From: Patescibacteria group bacterium
GTDB lineage: Bacteria > Patescibacteriota > Minisyncoccia > Phycocordibacterales > PALSA-1337
DNA length: 64,000 nucleotides
Reading direction: 5' to 3'
Assembly (NCBI GenBank): GCA_038061795.1
Contig: JBBTYL010000001.1
Location: 1,801 to 65,800 of the forward strand
Part shown: positions 47,774 through 55,254 of the stretch, piece by piece
Layout of the letters: every line of letters begins with the position of its first letter
Position numbering within the stretch: the stretch's first letter is position 1
Position numbers and translations under genes: made by a program
The notes under the pieces: generated by a model
Seen by the model: only the letters and a program-made list of their open reading frames with translations
Database searches by the model: none
What the model was told of the DNA's origin: nothing

Positions 47774-48154
47774 ATGACAACAAATAAAAAAGTGGAGTGG
47801 ATACTTCGAATCGGCGTTGCCGGTGAATTTTTGGGACATGGCATCTTTGCGCTTCAAGGCAAGGCTGATTGGATAAAGTGGGCGGAGCAGCTTTCAGGTT
47901 TGGATACTTCGACTGCGACAACTTTCATTTTCATAGTTGGTATTGTCGATATCCTTCTGGCTATTACGGTTTTAACAAGGCCGGTTCGTCCGCTCTTGCT
48001 TTGGATGGCGTTTTGGGGATTTTGGACGGCGCTCGTCCGTCCGCTCGTAGGAATGCCGATTTGGGATTTTATCGAACGTTTTGCAAACTGGGCAGCGCCA
48101 CTAGCTTTGTATTATGTGCATAAGATGAATATTGTTGACGAGGCCGATGAGTGA
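47774..48154 (+). CDS. Small four-helix membrane protein (possibly DoxX-like)
   Basis: Hydrophobic profile only. Confidence 0.5.
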   Translation: MTTNKKVEWILRIGVAGEFLGHGIFALQGKADWIKWAEQLSGLDTSTATTFIFIVGIVDILLAITVLTRPVRPLLLWMAFWGFWTALVRPLVGMPIWDFIERFANWAAPLALYYVHKMNIVDEADE

Positions 48155-48162
48155 ATAACCTG

Positions 48163-48504
48163 CTATTTTTTCTTAGGCGGTCCCCACTGCCACCGAGGTT
48201 TTTCTCCTTTCCTGTAAGCTATGCTGATAAGAAGAGTGGTCAGCACGATGATTGGCAGGGCGAATGTCAGGAAATTGCTACCAGAATCAGGATTTCCTGG
48301 TATATATTCTTCTCTATTTAACACGAGAGCCAAGATGAGCGCGATGTATACAAGAATAACGCACCATCCCTGCCATTTTGCTGGCGTCCAGCCCCAGCCA
48401 TAGAGTCTGGCTTTGAACCAATAGCCCTGCGGATTATCTTTCAAATATTTTAAGTATTCTTTAATCATCCTGGACATTATCTCACGATTCAGTTGAGCAT
48501 CCAA
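48163..48504 (-). CDS. Hypothetical membrane protein (113 aa)
   Basis: Two TM helices. Overlaps the tspO 3' end by 16 nt. Confidence 0.6.
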   Translation of the reverse strand: MDAQLNREIMSRMIKEYLKYLKDNPQGYWFKARLYGWGWTPAKWQGWCVILVYIALILALVLNREEYIPGNPDSGSNFLTFALPIIVLTTLLISIAYRKGEKPRWQWGPPKKK

Positions 48505-48959
48505 ATAGAATAGTTGAGAAGACTCGCGAAACTAACCCAAAGAATGTAAGGAAGGAGAAGCCACGCAGCCGACTTTGATATTCTATAAAAGAGAGCCATC
48601 GTCCATATGATTGCAACCCACAGAGCGATAACATTGATAAACGCCCATGCTGGACTTTCAAGGTTGAAGAAGACAATGGACCATGATGCATTAAGGACAA
48701 GTTGCAATCCAAAAACAAGAAGTGCCCTCCGAACATCTTTACGGCCCAGCCCTTTTTTCCATACTAGGAATGCAGCGATGCCCATGAGCGCATAGAGAGC
48801 CGTCCATACCGGACCGAATATCCACGCTGGGGGATTGAAGGCAGGTTTTGCGAGCGTTGCGTACCAATTTGGAATTGCAGAGACCGTAAAGATTGAACCG
48901 ATAATGCCAGCAAGTTCGGATATGACGATGGCGATGATAAGTTTGAGGGAGTTGTTCAT
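48489..48959 (-). CDS. tspO: TspO/MBR family tryptophan-rich sensory protein
   Basis: WYATLAKPAFNPPAWIFGPVWTALYALMGIA signature. Confidence 0.9.
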   Translation of the reverse strand: MNNSLKLIIAIVISELAGIIGSIFTVSAIPNWYATLAKPAFNPPAWIFGPVWTALYALMGIAAFLVWKKGLGRKDVRRALLVFGLQLVLNASWSIVFFNLESPAWAFINVIALWVAIIWTMALFYRISKSAAWLLLPYILWVSFASLLNYSIWMLN

Positions 48960-49031
48960 GGAATAATGATATCATGTGTACAAAAGAAAAACCGCCTGAC
49001 GAACTGGAGATTTTTCCTGCTCTGTCGACGG

Positions 49032-49379
49032 TCATGGCTTGTGGATGAATATGAGCATCTTGTGTTCTTTGCCAGATTCACCACCCTGATCAATAAGACG
49101 CTCATAAGTCCCAACATCTTCGCTGTCATCTGTTCTGACAACTCCGTTTTGCGTCCAGCCGATTTGTATTCTGCCGAGTACTGTGCCTCGTGGACTTCTG
49201 GATCCTTCCCACTCAAGTACGTACGCTTTCGTACTAAATTTCCGCATGCCTCTCAGTACCGAACTTATTCGAGTATCCTGTTTTTCCAAACCAAGCCTGG
49301 CACTTAGTTTGCGGGGAAGAGCAGCGTTATCCAAATGCTCAGAGATGTCGGTCACTGTAACTTTGGGTTTGTTGCTCAT
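49032..49379 (-). CDS. Hypothetical protein (115 aa)
   Basis: AGGAG RBS 6 nt before ATG 49379 (MSNKPKVTVTD). The longer ORF-track version (to 49568) overlaps the upstream gene. No family recognised. Confidence 0.6.
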   Translation of the reverse strand: MSNKPKVTVTDISEHLDNAALPRKLSARLGLEKQDTRISSVLRGMRKFSTKAYVLEWEGSRSPRGTVLGRIQIGWTQNGVVRTDDSEDVGTYERLIDQGGESGKEHKMLIFIHKP

Positions 49380-49389
49380 GGAAACTCCT

Positions 49390-49650
49390 TTAGACGTCCA
49401 GAAGTGCGCAGCCATTTGAACAATAAATCGCAACTTGCCCTGGCGAAATTGGATTACTGCACCCCTCACGCTCGCAGAGACGTCCTTTTGGATGTCCATT
49501 TGGCAGCCATCCATTGCCATTGCAGGTCGTGCAGCCGTGGCCACCGCAATCATCGCATTGTACTGCATTGAATGGGAAGTGCTTATTTCTTGGTATGTCC
49601 ATAGGTCCTTTCAGTTGTGCTAGCCACAAGCTAGCGGGTGCATTTGTCAC
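49390..49650 (-). CDS. Small zinc-ribbon protein with two DnaJ-type CxxCxGxG motifs
   Basis: CDDCGGHG and CTTCNGNG plus further Cys pairs. The start is either GTG 49650 or ATG 49602 (AAGGA RBS). Confidence 0.6.
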   Translation of the reverse strand: MTNAPASLWLAQLKGPMDIPRNKHFPFNAVQCDDCGGHGCTTCNGNGWLPNGHPKGRLCEREGCSNPISPGQVAIYCSNGCALLDV

Positions 49651-49687
49651 TATATAAACATAATAAATAGGGTTTGTCTATTACGAT

Positions 49688-49728
49688 GCTCACTCTAGCC
49701 TACGATTCTAGAGTAATGGGAAGCATAT
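49688..49728. repeat. Repeat B copy 1
   Basis: GCTCACTCTAGCCTACGATTCTAGAGTAATGGGAAGCATAT. Internal CTCTAG/CTAGAG hairpin. Paralogous to 50403..50446. Confidence 0.75.
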
Positions 49729-49791
49729 AAAAGTTTAACCGCGCCTATCAATCAAGTAGTGCGCGGTTATTCGAGATTTCTCTCCGGATTT

Positions 49792-50265
49792 TCACCGAGT
49801 GGGGTTACCACTATCATATTTTTTGACACCGGTTTCATCTAGGCTTGGCTGCTCGCTTGGTTTTTGAGAAAGCGTGGCGTCAATTTTACTTTTTCTCATC
49901 TGTTCGCCAATAATCTCAGCAAATAGGCGTGTTTCGGGTTGAAGGTCGTGAGCGTACTCGATCTTCGCGCTTATTACCCGCTGCGTTATCTTAACGCGTG
50001 CCCAAACAAGATGTTTTGTTTTTTCGTTGGATGAACCACAGATGAGATATACGAACTCAATCTCATCGTCATTGATCCATCGCTGCCGCGTTGCCCAGCG
50101 CGACTGTTCGAGGATGTTCCGTACGATTTCTTTGGCCATATCCGTCAGTCGGTGGCAGGTTGCTTTTCGCTCATTTCTCCATACAAAGAAGAAGAAGGGA
50201 GCGCTGACTGATAACATGATGATTAGGAGGAGAAACATGCGGTCGGATGTATTTTCGAGGTTCAT
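49792..50265 (-). CDS. Hypothetical membrane-anchored protein (157 aa)
   Basis: N-terminal TM helix. Shared promoter (TTGACT 50397-50392, TACTAT 50374-50369) and a conserved leader hairpin. Confidence 0.65.
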   Translation of the reverse strand: MNLENTSDRMFLLLIIMLSVSAPFFFFVWRNERKATCHRLTDMAKEIVRNILEQSRWATRQRWINDDEIEFVYLICGSSNEKTKHLVWARVKITQRVISAKIEYAHDLQPETRLFAEIIGEQMRKSKIDATLSQKPSEQPSLDETGVKKYDSGNPTR

Positions 50266-50288
50266 GATTTTTGTTTGGTTTGTGGGTT

Positions 50289-50331
50289 AGCCGTATCTCA
50301 CAAGGCACCTAATGCCCTAGGAGACACAGCC
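50289..50331 (-). promoter_or_regulatory. Conserved 5'-UTR hairpin (copy 2)
   Basis: An 18-bp imperfect stem on the minus-sense RNA, paralogous to 52883..52926. Confidence 0.55.
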
Positions 50332-50402
50332 AACTTTTTCAAACCTTTCGAAAACCACTACTATAAACATAGTAGCATATTTTTAATATAAAGTCAATAG
50401 AA

Positions 50403-50446
50403 GCTCGCTCTAGCCTAAGATTTTAGAGCAATGGCGAAGAGTGTAT
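50403..50446. repeat. Repeat B copy 2
   Basis: GCTCGCTCTAGCCTAAGATTTTAGAGCAATGGCGAAGAGTGTAT. Sits between a terminator and the shared promoter. Confidence 0.75.
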
Positions 50447-50494
50447 AAAAAATTAACGCCTCCTTGCGGGGGCGCTGTGTAATTGTTTTTGTTC

Positions 50495-51043
50495 TTAAGC
50501 ACACACCGGTTGCCCAAGATGGTTCCAGTCAAAGAACACGCACTCTTCGGTTTCGGTTATGTTTCCAACTAATTTGCCGATATCTTCTCCGGGGTACATC
50601 GAATGAACTATCAGAGCAATCTGTCCATCTTCGATCCGAAGTTCATAGGCTAGTGTGAGGAATTTCGTCGGCGGGGCAGTCAAATCAGTACGGTTGGTTT
50701 TGACCCGCAAAGCCTGGCTTCTTCTGTTCGGAAAGTATTCTTCAAGATCATCTGGCTTGTACTTGGCCAGTTCATCCGTCCCAGACCAGCCGATAATCGA
50801 GTCATGTCTGATGCAGACGCTATTTTCAAGTGATCCTTCTGCAAAGGCCTCGCAAGCATCAGCAATTAGTTCGTGAAATACGATGGCATCACTCAGCACT
50901 TCATAGACATTGTTCCACAGGCAGAAATTTCCTGCTCGCCTGAATGATCTGCCTCGAAAACAGGTTTTGAATAAACGTTGTTTGGTTTTCTCCCGAACGA
51001 TGACTGCTATGGGTCCTATCGGACTCTTGGTTTTAATGTGCAT
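50495..51043 (-). CDS. Hypothetical protein (182 aa)
   Basis: GGAG RBS and a terminator CGCCCCCGCAAGGAGGCG+T-run downstream. No family recognised. Confidence 0.65.
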   Translation of the reverse strand: MHIKTKSPIGPIAVIVREKTKQRLFKTCFRGRSFRRAGNFCLWNNVYEVLSDAIVFHELIADACEAFAEGSLENSVCIRHDSIIGWSGTDELAKYKPDDLEEYFPNRRSQALRVKTNRTDLTAPPTKFLTLAYELRIEDGQIALIVHSMYPGEDIGKLVGNITETEECVFFDWNHLGQPVCA

Positions 51044-51235
51044 ATTATTCTCCTGCCAGTAATTTCTGGCTCAGGTCTATGTGGATAGTATAGAACTAGT
51101 TCAGCATACTGTATGTGAACCTTTCGATATTGACATGTTATGTATAGTGTGTCAAGTATACGAGGGTTGGATTTACTTGTTGAACTGACATGGTAAATGA
51201 AAAAGTGCCAGTGAAGCTGGTATTTTTTCATTTTA

Positions 51236-51322
51236 CTGCTCCACGGATTACATCTTTGCCGAACTATATAGGATATATCCTTTGGTTAAATTGAGTATGG
51301 GGAGGGTGGGAAGCTGGGTTTA
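51236..51322. repeat. Repeat A copy 1
   Basis: The core is 65/72 nt identical to copy 3. Contains the perfect palindrome AGGATATATCCT. Abuts the stop codon of 51325..51660. Confidence 0.85.
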
Positions 51323-51324
51323 TT

Positions 51325-51660
51325 CTAGAATTTTGCTCCCATCGCAATTATAAAGAGTAACATTGTGGCTATAAACCCAAGAAATAAAACTAGAAGTACT
51401 TTTGCAATCATTGCAGGAGCTTTTTTGACCGGTATGCTAGTTTGCCCAGATTCTATTGTGGGCTGTGGATGTAAAAAAACTAAGATTAGGATTGAAATGA
51501 TAAGTGGAAGATTAAGTGCTAAATTAATAAGTATTCCCTTTATATGTCCGTCTTGAATGCTAGCCATCATCTGCCCAAGAGCGAAAAAGGTAGATAAAGA
51601 ACCTGTGATAAGAAAAAACCAAGCAATACCCCTAACGATTTTTATTGGATTATTATTCAT
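51325..51660 (-). CDS. Hypothetical membrane protein (111 aa)
   Basis: Three or four hydrophobic helices. No family recognised. Confidence 0.65.
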   Translation of the reverse strand: MNNNPIKIVRGIAWFFLITGSLSTFFALGQMMASIQDGHIKGILINLALNLPLIISILILVFLHPQPTIESGQTSIPVKKAPAMIAKVLLVLFLGFIATMLLFIIAMGAKF

Positions 51661-51697
51661 ACCCAGTATTATCCCAATAAAAAGTTAAAAATGCTAT

Positions 51698-51778
51698 CTG
51701 CTCTCCAGATTACATCTTTGCCGAACTATACAGAATATACCCTTTAGTTAAATCGAGTATGGAAAGGGTGGGGGAGTT
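51698..51778. repeat. Repeat A copy 2
   Basis: Same module. The palindrome is degenerate (AGAATATACCCT). Followed by a terminator shared in sequence with copy 3. Confidence 0.85.
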
Positions 51779-51863
51779 TAGTTTCAAATAAATGAAAAAC
51801 CCGCCGATCGAGTTTCTCAATGAAACTGTCGAGGCGGGTTGTTAGGATGCGGTTCGAGGAAAC

Positions 51864-52040
51864 TTATTTCCACGCTTTTCGGTCCAGGCGACTAATACCT
51901 GTGAGGGCGATGCCGATTCCGATGATCGCAGCGTAAATAAACTTGCCGTTGACCACATAAGCTGTAGCTAATCCTCCAAGCAGCATGATGCAGCCAATAA
52001 TTACCATTAGTATATCGAAGTTCTTTTTAATAAAGTTCAT
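51864..52040 (-). CDS. Small membrane protein (58 aa)
   Basis: MNFIKKNFDILMVIIGCIMLLGGLATAYVV... with two TM helices. Below the ORF-track cutoff. A strong terminator lies at 51797-51845. Confidence 0.5.
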   Translation of the reverse strand: MNFIKKNFDILMVIIGCIMLLGGLATAYVVNGKFIYAAIIGIGIALTGISRLDRKAWK

Positions 52041-52076
52041 AGAGCAAAGTTTTGTTTATGGAACTGTCGAAGCGGA

Positions 52077-52838
52077 TTATTTTGGTTCTGGAATTTCTTT
52101 CCCCGTTTTGTCGAGGTAGTATATCCCAGCTCCAATGTTGGCTGTGTATCCGGTGTCTGACGGCGTGATGCCGTGATAACCTTTGGAAACCTCATCGCCA
52201 TACTTATCCAGAAGGTAGGTCATCGCGCCACGACGACCGTACCTTTCTCCATTAGATAGACGACCAGTGCTATGGTAGTAGTTACTGACCGGAGATTCGT
52301 GAGTTCCTGCAAGGTATTGACGAGCATTGTTGCCATTCACGATTTTTTCGAAGGGAACGACTTCAAATGCTACAATTCCATCATTCGGGATCACTCCGAT
52401 TTCTTCGACAACCGCTGGAGAACTTTGGCCTCGCCCGATGAATATCGAGGTGAAGTGTGCCAGATCCATGGAATAGGTGAAATGAGTGTTCGCCGTGCCG
52501 CGCAGACGGTAGTTGATCGTGTACGTATAGCGACTTTTCGCTGACAGGCCGTCCCAATGCGACTGCGTCGAGATCAGCTCGAAGCGATCTGACAGGTACA
52601 CAGTGACGTGGCTACCGGTAACCAAATTATCGCCAGCCTTCTTAGGACTGACGACGCGGATCGCGACGTCATGATGTTGGACCGTAAAGGTCGCGGTCTT
52701 GATGGCGTCTTCGGACACGGTGTTTTCAAGCGACACCACCTTACCAACAAATTTGTTTGGCATTGGCGCAGCAGCGTTGACAGTTGAATTGATGGACGAA
52801 GCGGTAATTACTGCCAGGAGGGCAAGGATTTTTTTCAT
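52077..52838 (-). CDS. Secreted hypothetical protein (253 aa)
   Basis: Signal peptide MKKILALLAVITASSINSTVNAAAP. Shared promoter (TTGACT 52992-52987, TATCAT 52969-52964) and leader hairpin. Confidence 0.7.
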   Translation of the reverse strand: MKKILALLAVITASSINSTVNAAAPMPNKFVGKVVSLENTVSEDAIKTATFTVQHHDVAIRVVSPKKAGDNLVTGSHVTVYLSDRFELISTQSHWDGLSAKSRYTYTINYRLRGTANTHFTYSMDLAHFTSIFIGRGQSSPAVVEEIGVIPNDGIVAFEVVPFEKIVNGNNARQYLAGTHESPVSNYYHSTGRLSNGERYGRRGAMTYLLDKYGDEVSKGYHGITPSDTGYTANIGAGIYYLDKTGKEIPEPK

Positions 52839-52882
52839 ATTCTATTTACTGTTGATTTGGTTTTTGTTGAGGCCAAATTGTT

Positions 52883-52926
52883 GGCCGTATCTCTCAAAGC
52901 ACATTAATGCTCTCAGAGATACGGTC
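52883..52926 (-). promoter_or_regulatory. Conserved 5'-UTR hairpin (copy 1)
   Basis: GACCGTATCTCTGAGAGC-loop-GCTTTGAGAGATACGGCC on the minus-sense RNA. Confidence 0.55.
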
Positions 52927-52997
52927 AACTTCAACAGATATGTCAAAAAACTGCTACGTAAATATGATAGCATATATTTTATATAAAGTCAAATAGA

Positions 52998-53076
52998 GGC
53001 TCCACAGATTACATCTTTGCCGAACTGTATAGGATATATCCTTTGGTGAAAATAAGTATGGAAAGGGTGGGGGAGC
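52998..53076. repeat. Repeat A copy 3
   Basis: Lies between the terminator of 53151..53477 and the promoter of 52077..52838. Contains AGGATATATCCT. Confidence 0.85.
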
Positions 53077-53150
53077 TTGTTTAAAATAAACAAAAACCCG
53101 CCTACGGTTAGAACGTAGTGCGGGCTCAACGATGATGCTCATTGGGTCTA

Positions 53151-53477
53151 CTAGGAAATGGTCGGGATCTCGTCTTTGAAGCGCTCCTTAATTGCTTCCA
53201 TGATGTGCCTTGCGGCCACATTAGGGTCGTCAATAGAGATATTGGCGTCGCGGAACGCGTGCACCGCTCCCATTACCCATCCTTGTGGATTTTCACCAGT
53301 ACCCATTCTTTGCATTTGTTGACGAGCAAACTCAAGAAATAGGTCTGGTCTTTTGGTAATTTCCTCAAGCATCAGTTGACGAATGCCTTGGCCACCAAGA
53401 TCATACTTGTCTTGTCCACCTAGGACGAACTCTGTGACGTACTCGGTGATTTTTTGGAGAGAGTCTTTATTGTCCAT
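53151..53477 (-). CDS. Hypothetical protein (108 aa)
   Basis: Shared promoter (TTGACT 53585-53580, TATTAT 53562-53557) and terminator CCCGCACTACG...CGTAGGCGGG+T5. No family recognised. Confidence 0.65.
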   Translation of the reverse strand: MDNKDSLQKITEYVTEFVLGGQDKYDLGGQGIRQLMLEEITKRPDLFLEFARQQMQRMGTGENPQGWVMGAVHAFRDANISIDDPNVAARHIMEAIKERFKDEIPTIS

Positions 53478-53794
53478 ACTTCAATGTTTCGGTGAATTGA
53501 TTCGGAACACCTTGGCTTCCTTTCTAAAAGCCGATTAGCAAAAAACTGCTATTTTTATAATAGCATACTTGTTATAAAAAGTCAAATAGATGCCCCACGC
53601 TGTAAACGAAATTATAACCTATTTTCAGACGACAGAGCAGATGCACTACATCCCAAATATGACGGATTGTTTGTATCCGTTGGTTCGACCACAGACCATT
53701 TGACTAATCTAGCTAAGTATGTTATTTTGTGGTCTGAAACCTAAGCCAATGCTTGGGTGGCTGCACACTCCAAACCAAAGAAAAGGAAACACTT

Positions 53795-54529
53795 ATGGCA
53801 ACTGACGGACCAACTCCGCCACCCTGCAACCCCGACATTTTCAAGAAAGGCAGAGGTGTCTGCGTTCTTGACGGCAGCTCCAACGCTGTCGAAACCTGGG
53901 TCCAGGCAGTGGCAAAGAAAGCAAACGCTCAGGTCGACTGGCATTATAGCGGCGGCCGAGCAAACGTTCTGCACCTCGGTGACGATGAGAGTCGTCAACG
54001 TGTCCTGAACGCGATCAGCGAACTCGAAGGCGAACTGAAAGGCACGATCCTCAGCGTGGACGGCCCCGCCCTTTACCGGAACGGAGTCGAAGACCCTGAA
54101 GCGACCGGCGCGGTCGTCCGTGAAGTAAACGGACAACTTGTCCTCGATGATCCGGTGGCTGTTGGCGTGATAACTGCGGTGAGCAAGGTCAATTGCAAGA
54201 ATACGCTGGAGCTGAACGCAGATCGGGTCACGCATTTCAAGACTCGGCTCTCGGAGCGCGGTATGACTGCCCAACAGGCGGTGATCGTGCTCCTCAATGT
54301 GGACGACCCTCATGGTGGTCCGCTCGCCGATGTCCTCATGCCAGGACACAACTGGCAGGAAATCCGCGACAAGGGAGAAGTCCCTTTTGCTCGAGGCCTC
54401 GCCATGCGTGGCGGCATTCAGGAAGCTCTCGGTGCTTTCGACAAAGATGCGGCAACGAAGTTGCAAAGCATGACCGATGTGGCTGTCGTGGTCGTTGATC
54501 ACGGAGTCGCTGAGGTCTTTGTGGCTTAG
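53795..54529 (+). CDS. Hypothetical protein, visibly GC-rich gene (244 aa)
   Basis: AAGGAA RBS before ATG 53795 and a TTGACT-N17-TATTTT promoter. Its amino-acid composition is plausible, unlike the mirror ORF on the minus strand. Confidence 0.65.
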   Translation: MATDGPTPPPCNPDIFKKGRGVCVLDGSSNAVETWVQAVAKKANAQVDWHYSGGRANVLHLGDDESRQRVLNAISELEGELKGTILSVDGPALYRNGVEDPEATGAVVREVNGQLVLDDPVAVGVITAVSKVNCKNTLELNADRVTHFKTRLSERGMTAQQAVIVLLNVDDPHGGPLADVLMPGHNWQEIRDKGEVPFARGLAMRGGIQEALGAFDKDAATKLQSMTDVAVVVVDHGVAEVFVA

Positions 54530-54621
54530 TTCGGAATCTTCAAGATGACACAAAACAAACTGGCGCACGACCCTCGGGTACGACGCCTTTTTTCTTTTAG
54601 ATTAAGTTTATCTGAATGTTT

Positions 54622-54921
54622 CTAGCTTAAAAAATTAAAAGCAGTAAAAATAGAAAATTTTATCCTTGATACATTAGAAGATTTAGAGTTACCTTCAATG
54701 TTAGATCCGATATTAACTGCTACAATTTTTATACCTCCTCCAACCTTTCCTGATATATTTTCTTCTACCGAAACAGCAATATCAAAATCAATTTTACTTT
54801 TCATATCTCCAAGAGTAAAAGGCCCCTCACCTCCGAGTTCCTTAATTATTTCTTTGTTTCCTTCTCGAATCCCAGTTCTAATATCAAGAAGACTCTTTTT
54901 TATAAACTCTTTAAGCTCCAT
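54622..54921 (-). CDS. Small protein, possibly trypco2-like
   Basis: An N-terminal helix followed by KIDFDIAVSVEE...GGGIKIVAVNIG...VSRIKFSI beta-pattern, as I recall for trypco2 (trypsin-co-occurring domain 2). The ATG begins 2 nt after the tRNA-Asn discriminator base. Confidence 0.55.
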   Translation of the reverse strand: MELKEFIKKSLLDIRTGIREGNKEIIKELGGEGPFTLGDMKSKIDFDIAVSVEENISGKVGGGIKIVAVNIGSNIEGNSKSSNVSRIKFSIFTAFNFLS

Positions 54922-54922
54922 G

Positions 54923-54994
54923 CTCCGGCGGCAGGGATCGAACCTGCGACCAATCGCTTAACAGGCGACTGCTCTACCGCTGAGCTACACCGGA
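54923..54994 (-). tRNA. tRNA-Asn (anticodon GUU), CCA not encoded
   Basis: Cloverleaf folded by hand: acceptor TCCGGTG/CGCCGGA, D-arm GCTC/GAGC, anticodon loop CTGTTAA, T-arm GCAGG-TTCGATC-CCTGC. Confidence 0.93.
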
Positions 54995-55014
54995 ATCCTG
55001 CTATAATAGCAAAT

Positions 55015-55236
55015 ATGTATGTAAAAGTGAAGATAAAACCTGATTCGAAGAAGGAAACCGTGATTAAGGTTTCAGATGACCACTACGAAATTTCAGTCAG
55101 AGAGAAGGCGGAAAACAACAACGCCAACTCCCGATTGCTCGAAATCATGCGCAACGAACATCCGGACTCGATAATCCGCATCATTTCAGGCCACCACTCG
55201 CCAAGCAAGATAGTGAGTATAGATAAAAAGGAATAA
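55015..55236 (+). CDS. DUF167 (YggU-like) protein
   Basis: VKVKIKPDSKKE...ENNNANSRLLEIM...IISGHHSPSKIV pattern. Confidence 0.75.
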   Translation: MYVKVKIKPDSKKETVIKVSDDHYEISVREKAENNNANSRLLEIMRNEHPDSIIRIISGHHSPSKIVSIDKKE

Positions 55237-55254
55237 CTTCTGTATAATTGACGC

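Noticed and set aside
49380-49568. The N-terminal extension of ORF 49032..49568.
   Set aside because: It overlaps the upstream zinc-ribbon gene in another frame. An AGGAG RBS precedes the internal ATG at 49379, immediately after the upstream stop.
51236-53076. The A modules as integron attC sites or a cassette array.
   Set aside because: A GTTAAAT (GTTRRRY-like) and a GCCGAAC element are present, but they are only ~20 nt apart. The cassettes carry their own promoters, no IntI-type integrase or attI is in the window, and the geometry does not match the attC R''-L''/L'-R' layout.
53741-54568. A 275-aa ORF on the minus strand covering the GC-rich gene.
   Set aside because: It is the mirror frame of 53795..54529. 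It lacks an RBS and promoter, and its composition is rich in H, C, S and R. The plus frame has an RBS, a promoter and a terminator.
48960-54994. A classical tRNA-integrated genomic island with an attL/attR direct repeat.
   Set aside because: I found no repeat of the tRNA-Asn 3' half (GGTTCGATCCCTGCCGCCGGA) at the tspO-proximal end and no integrase. The island status therefore rests only on content and composition.
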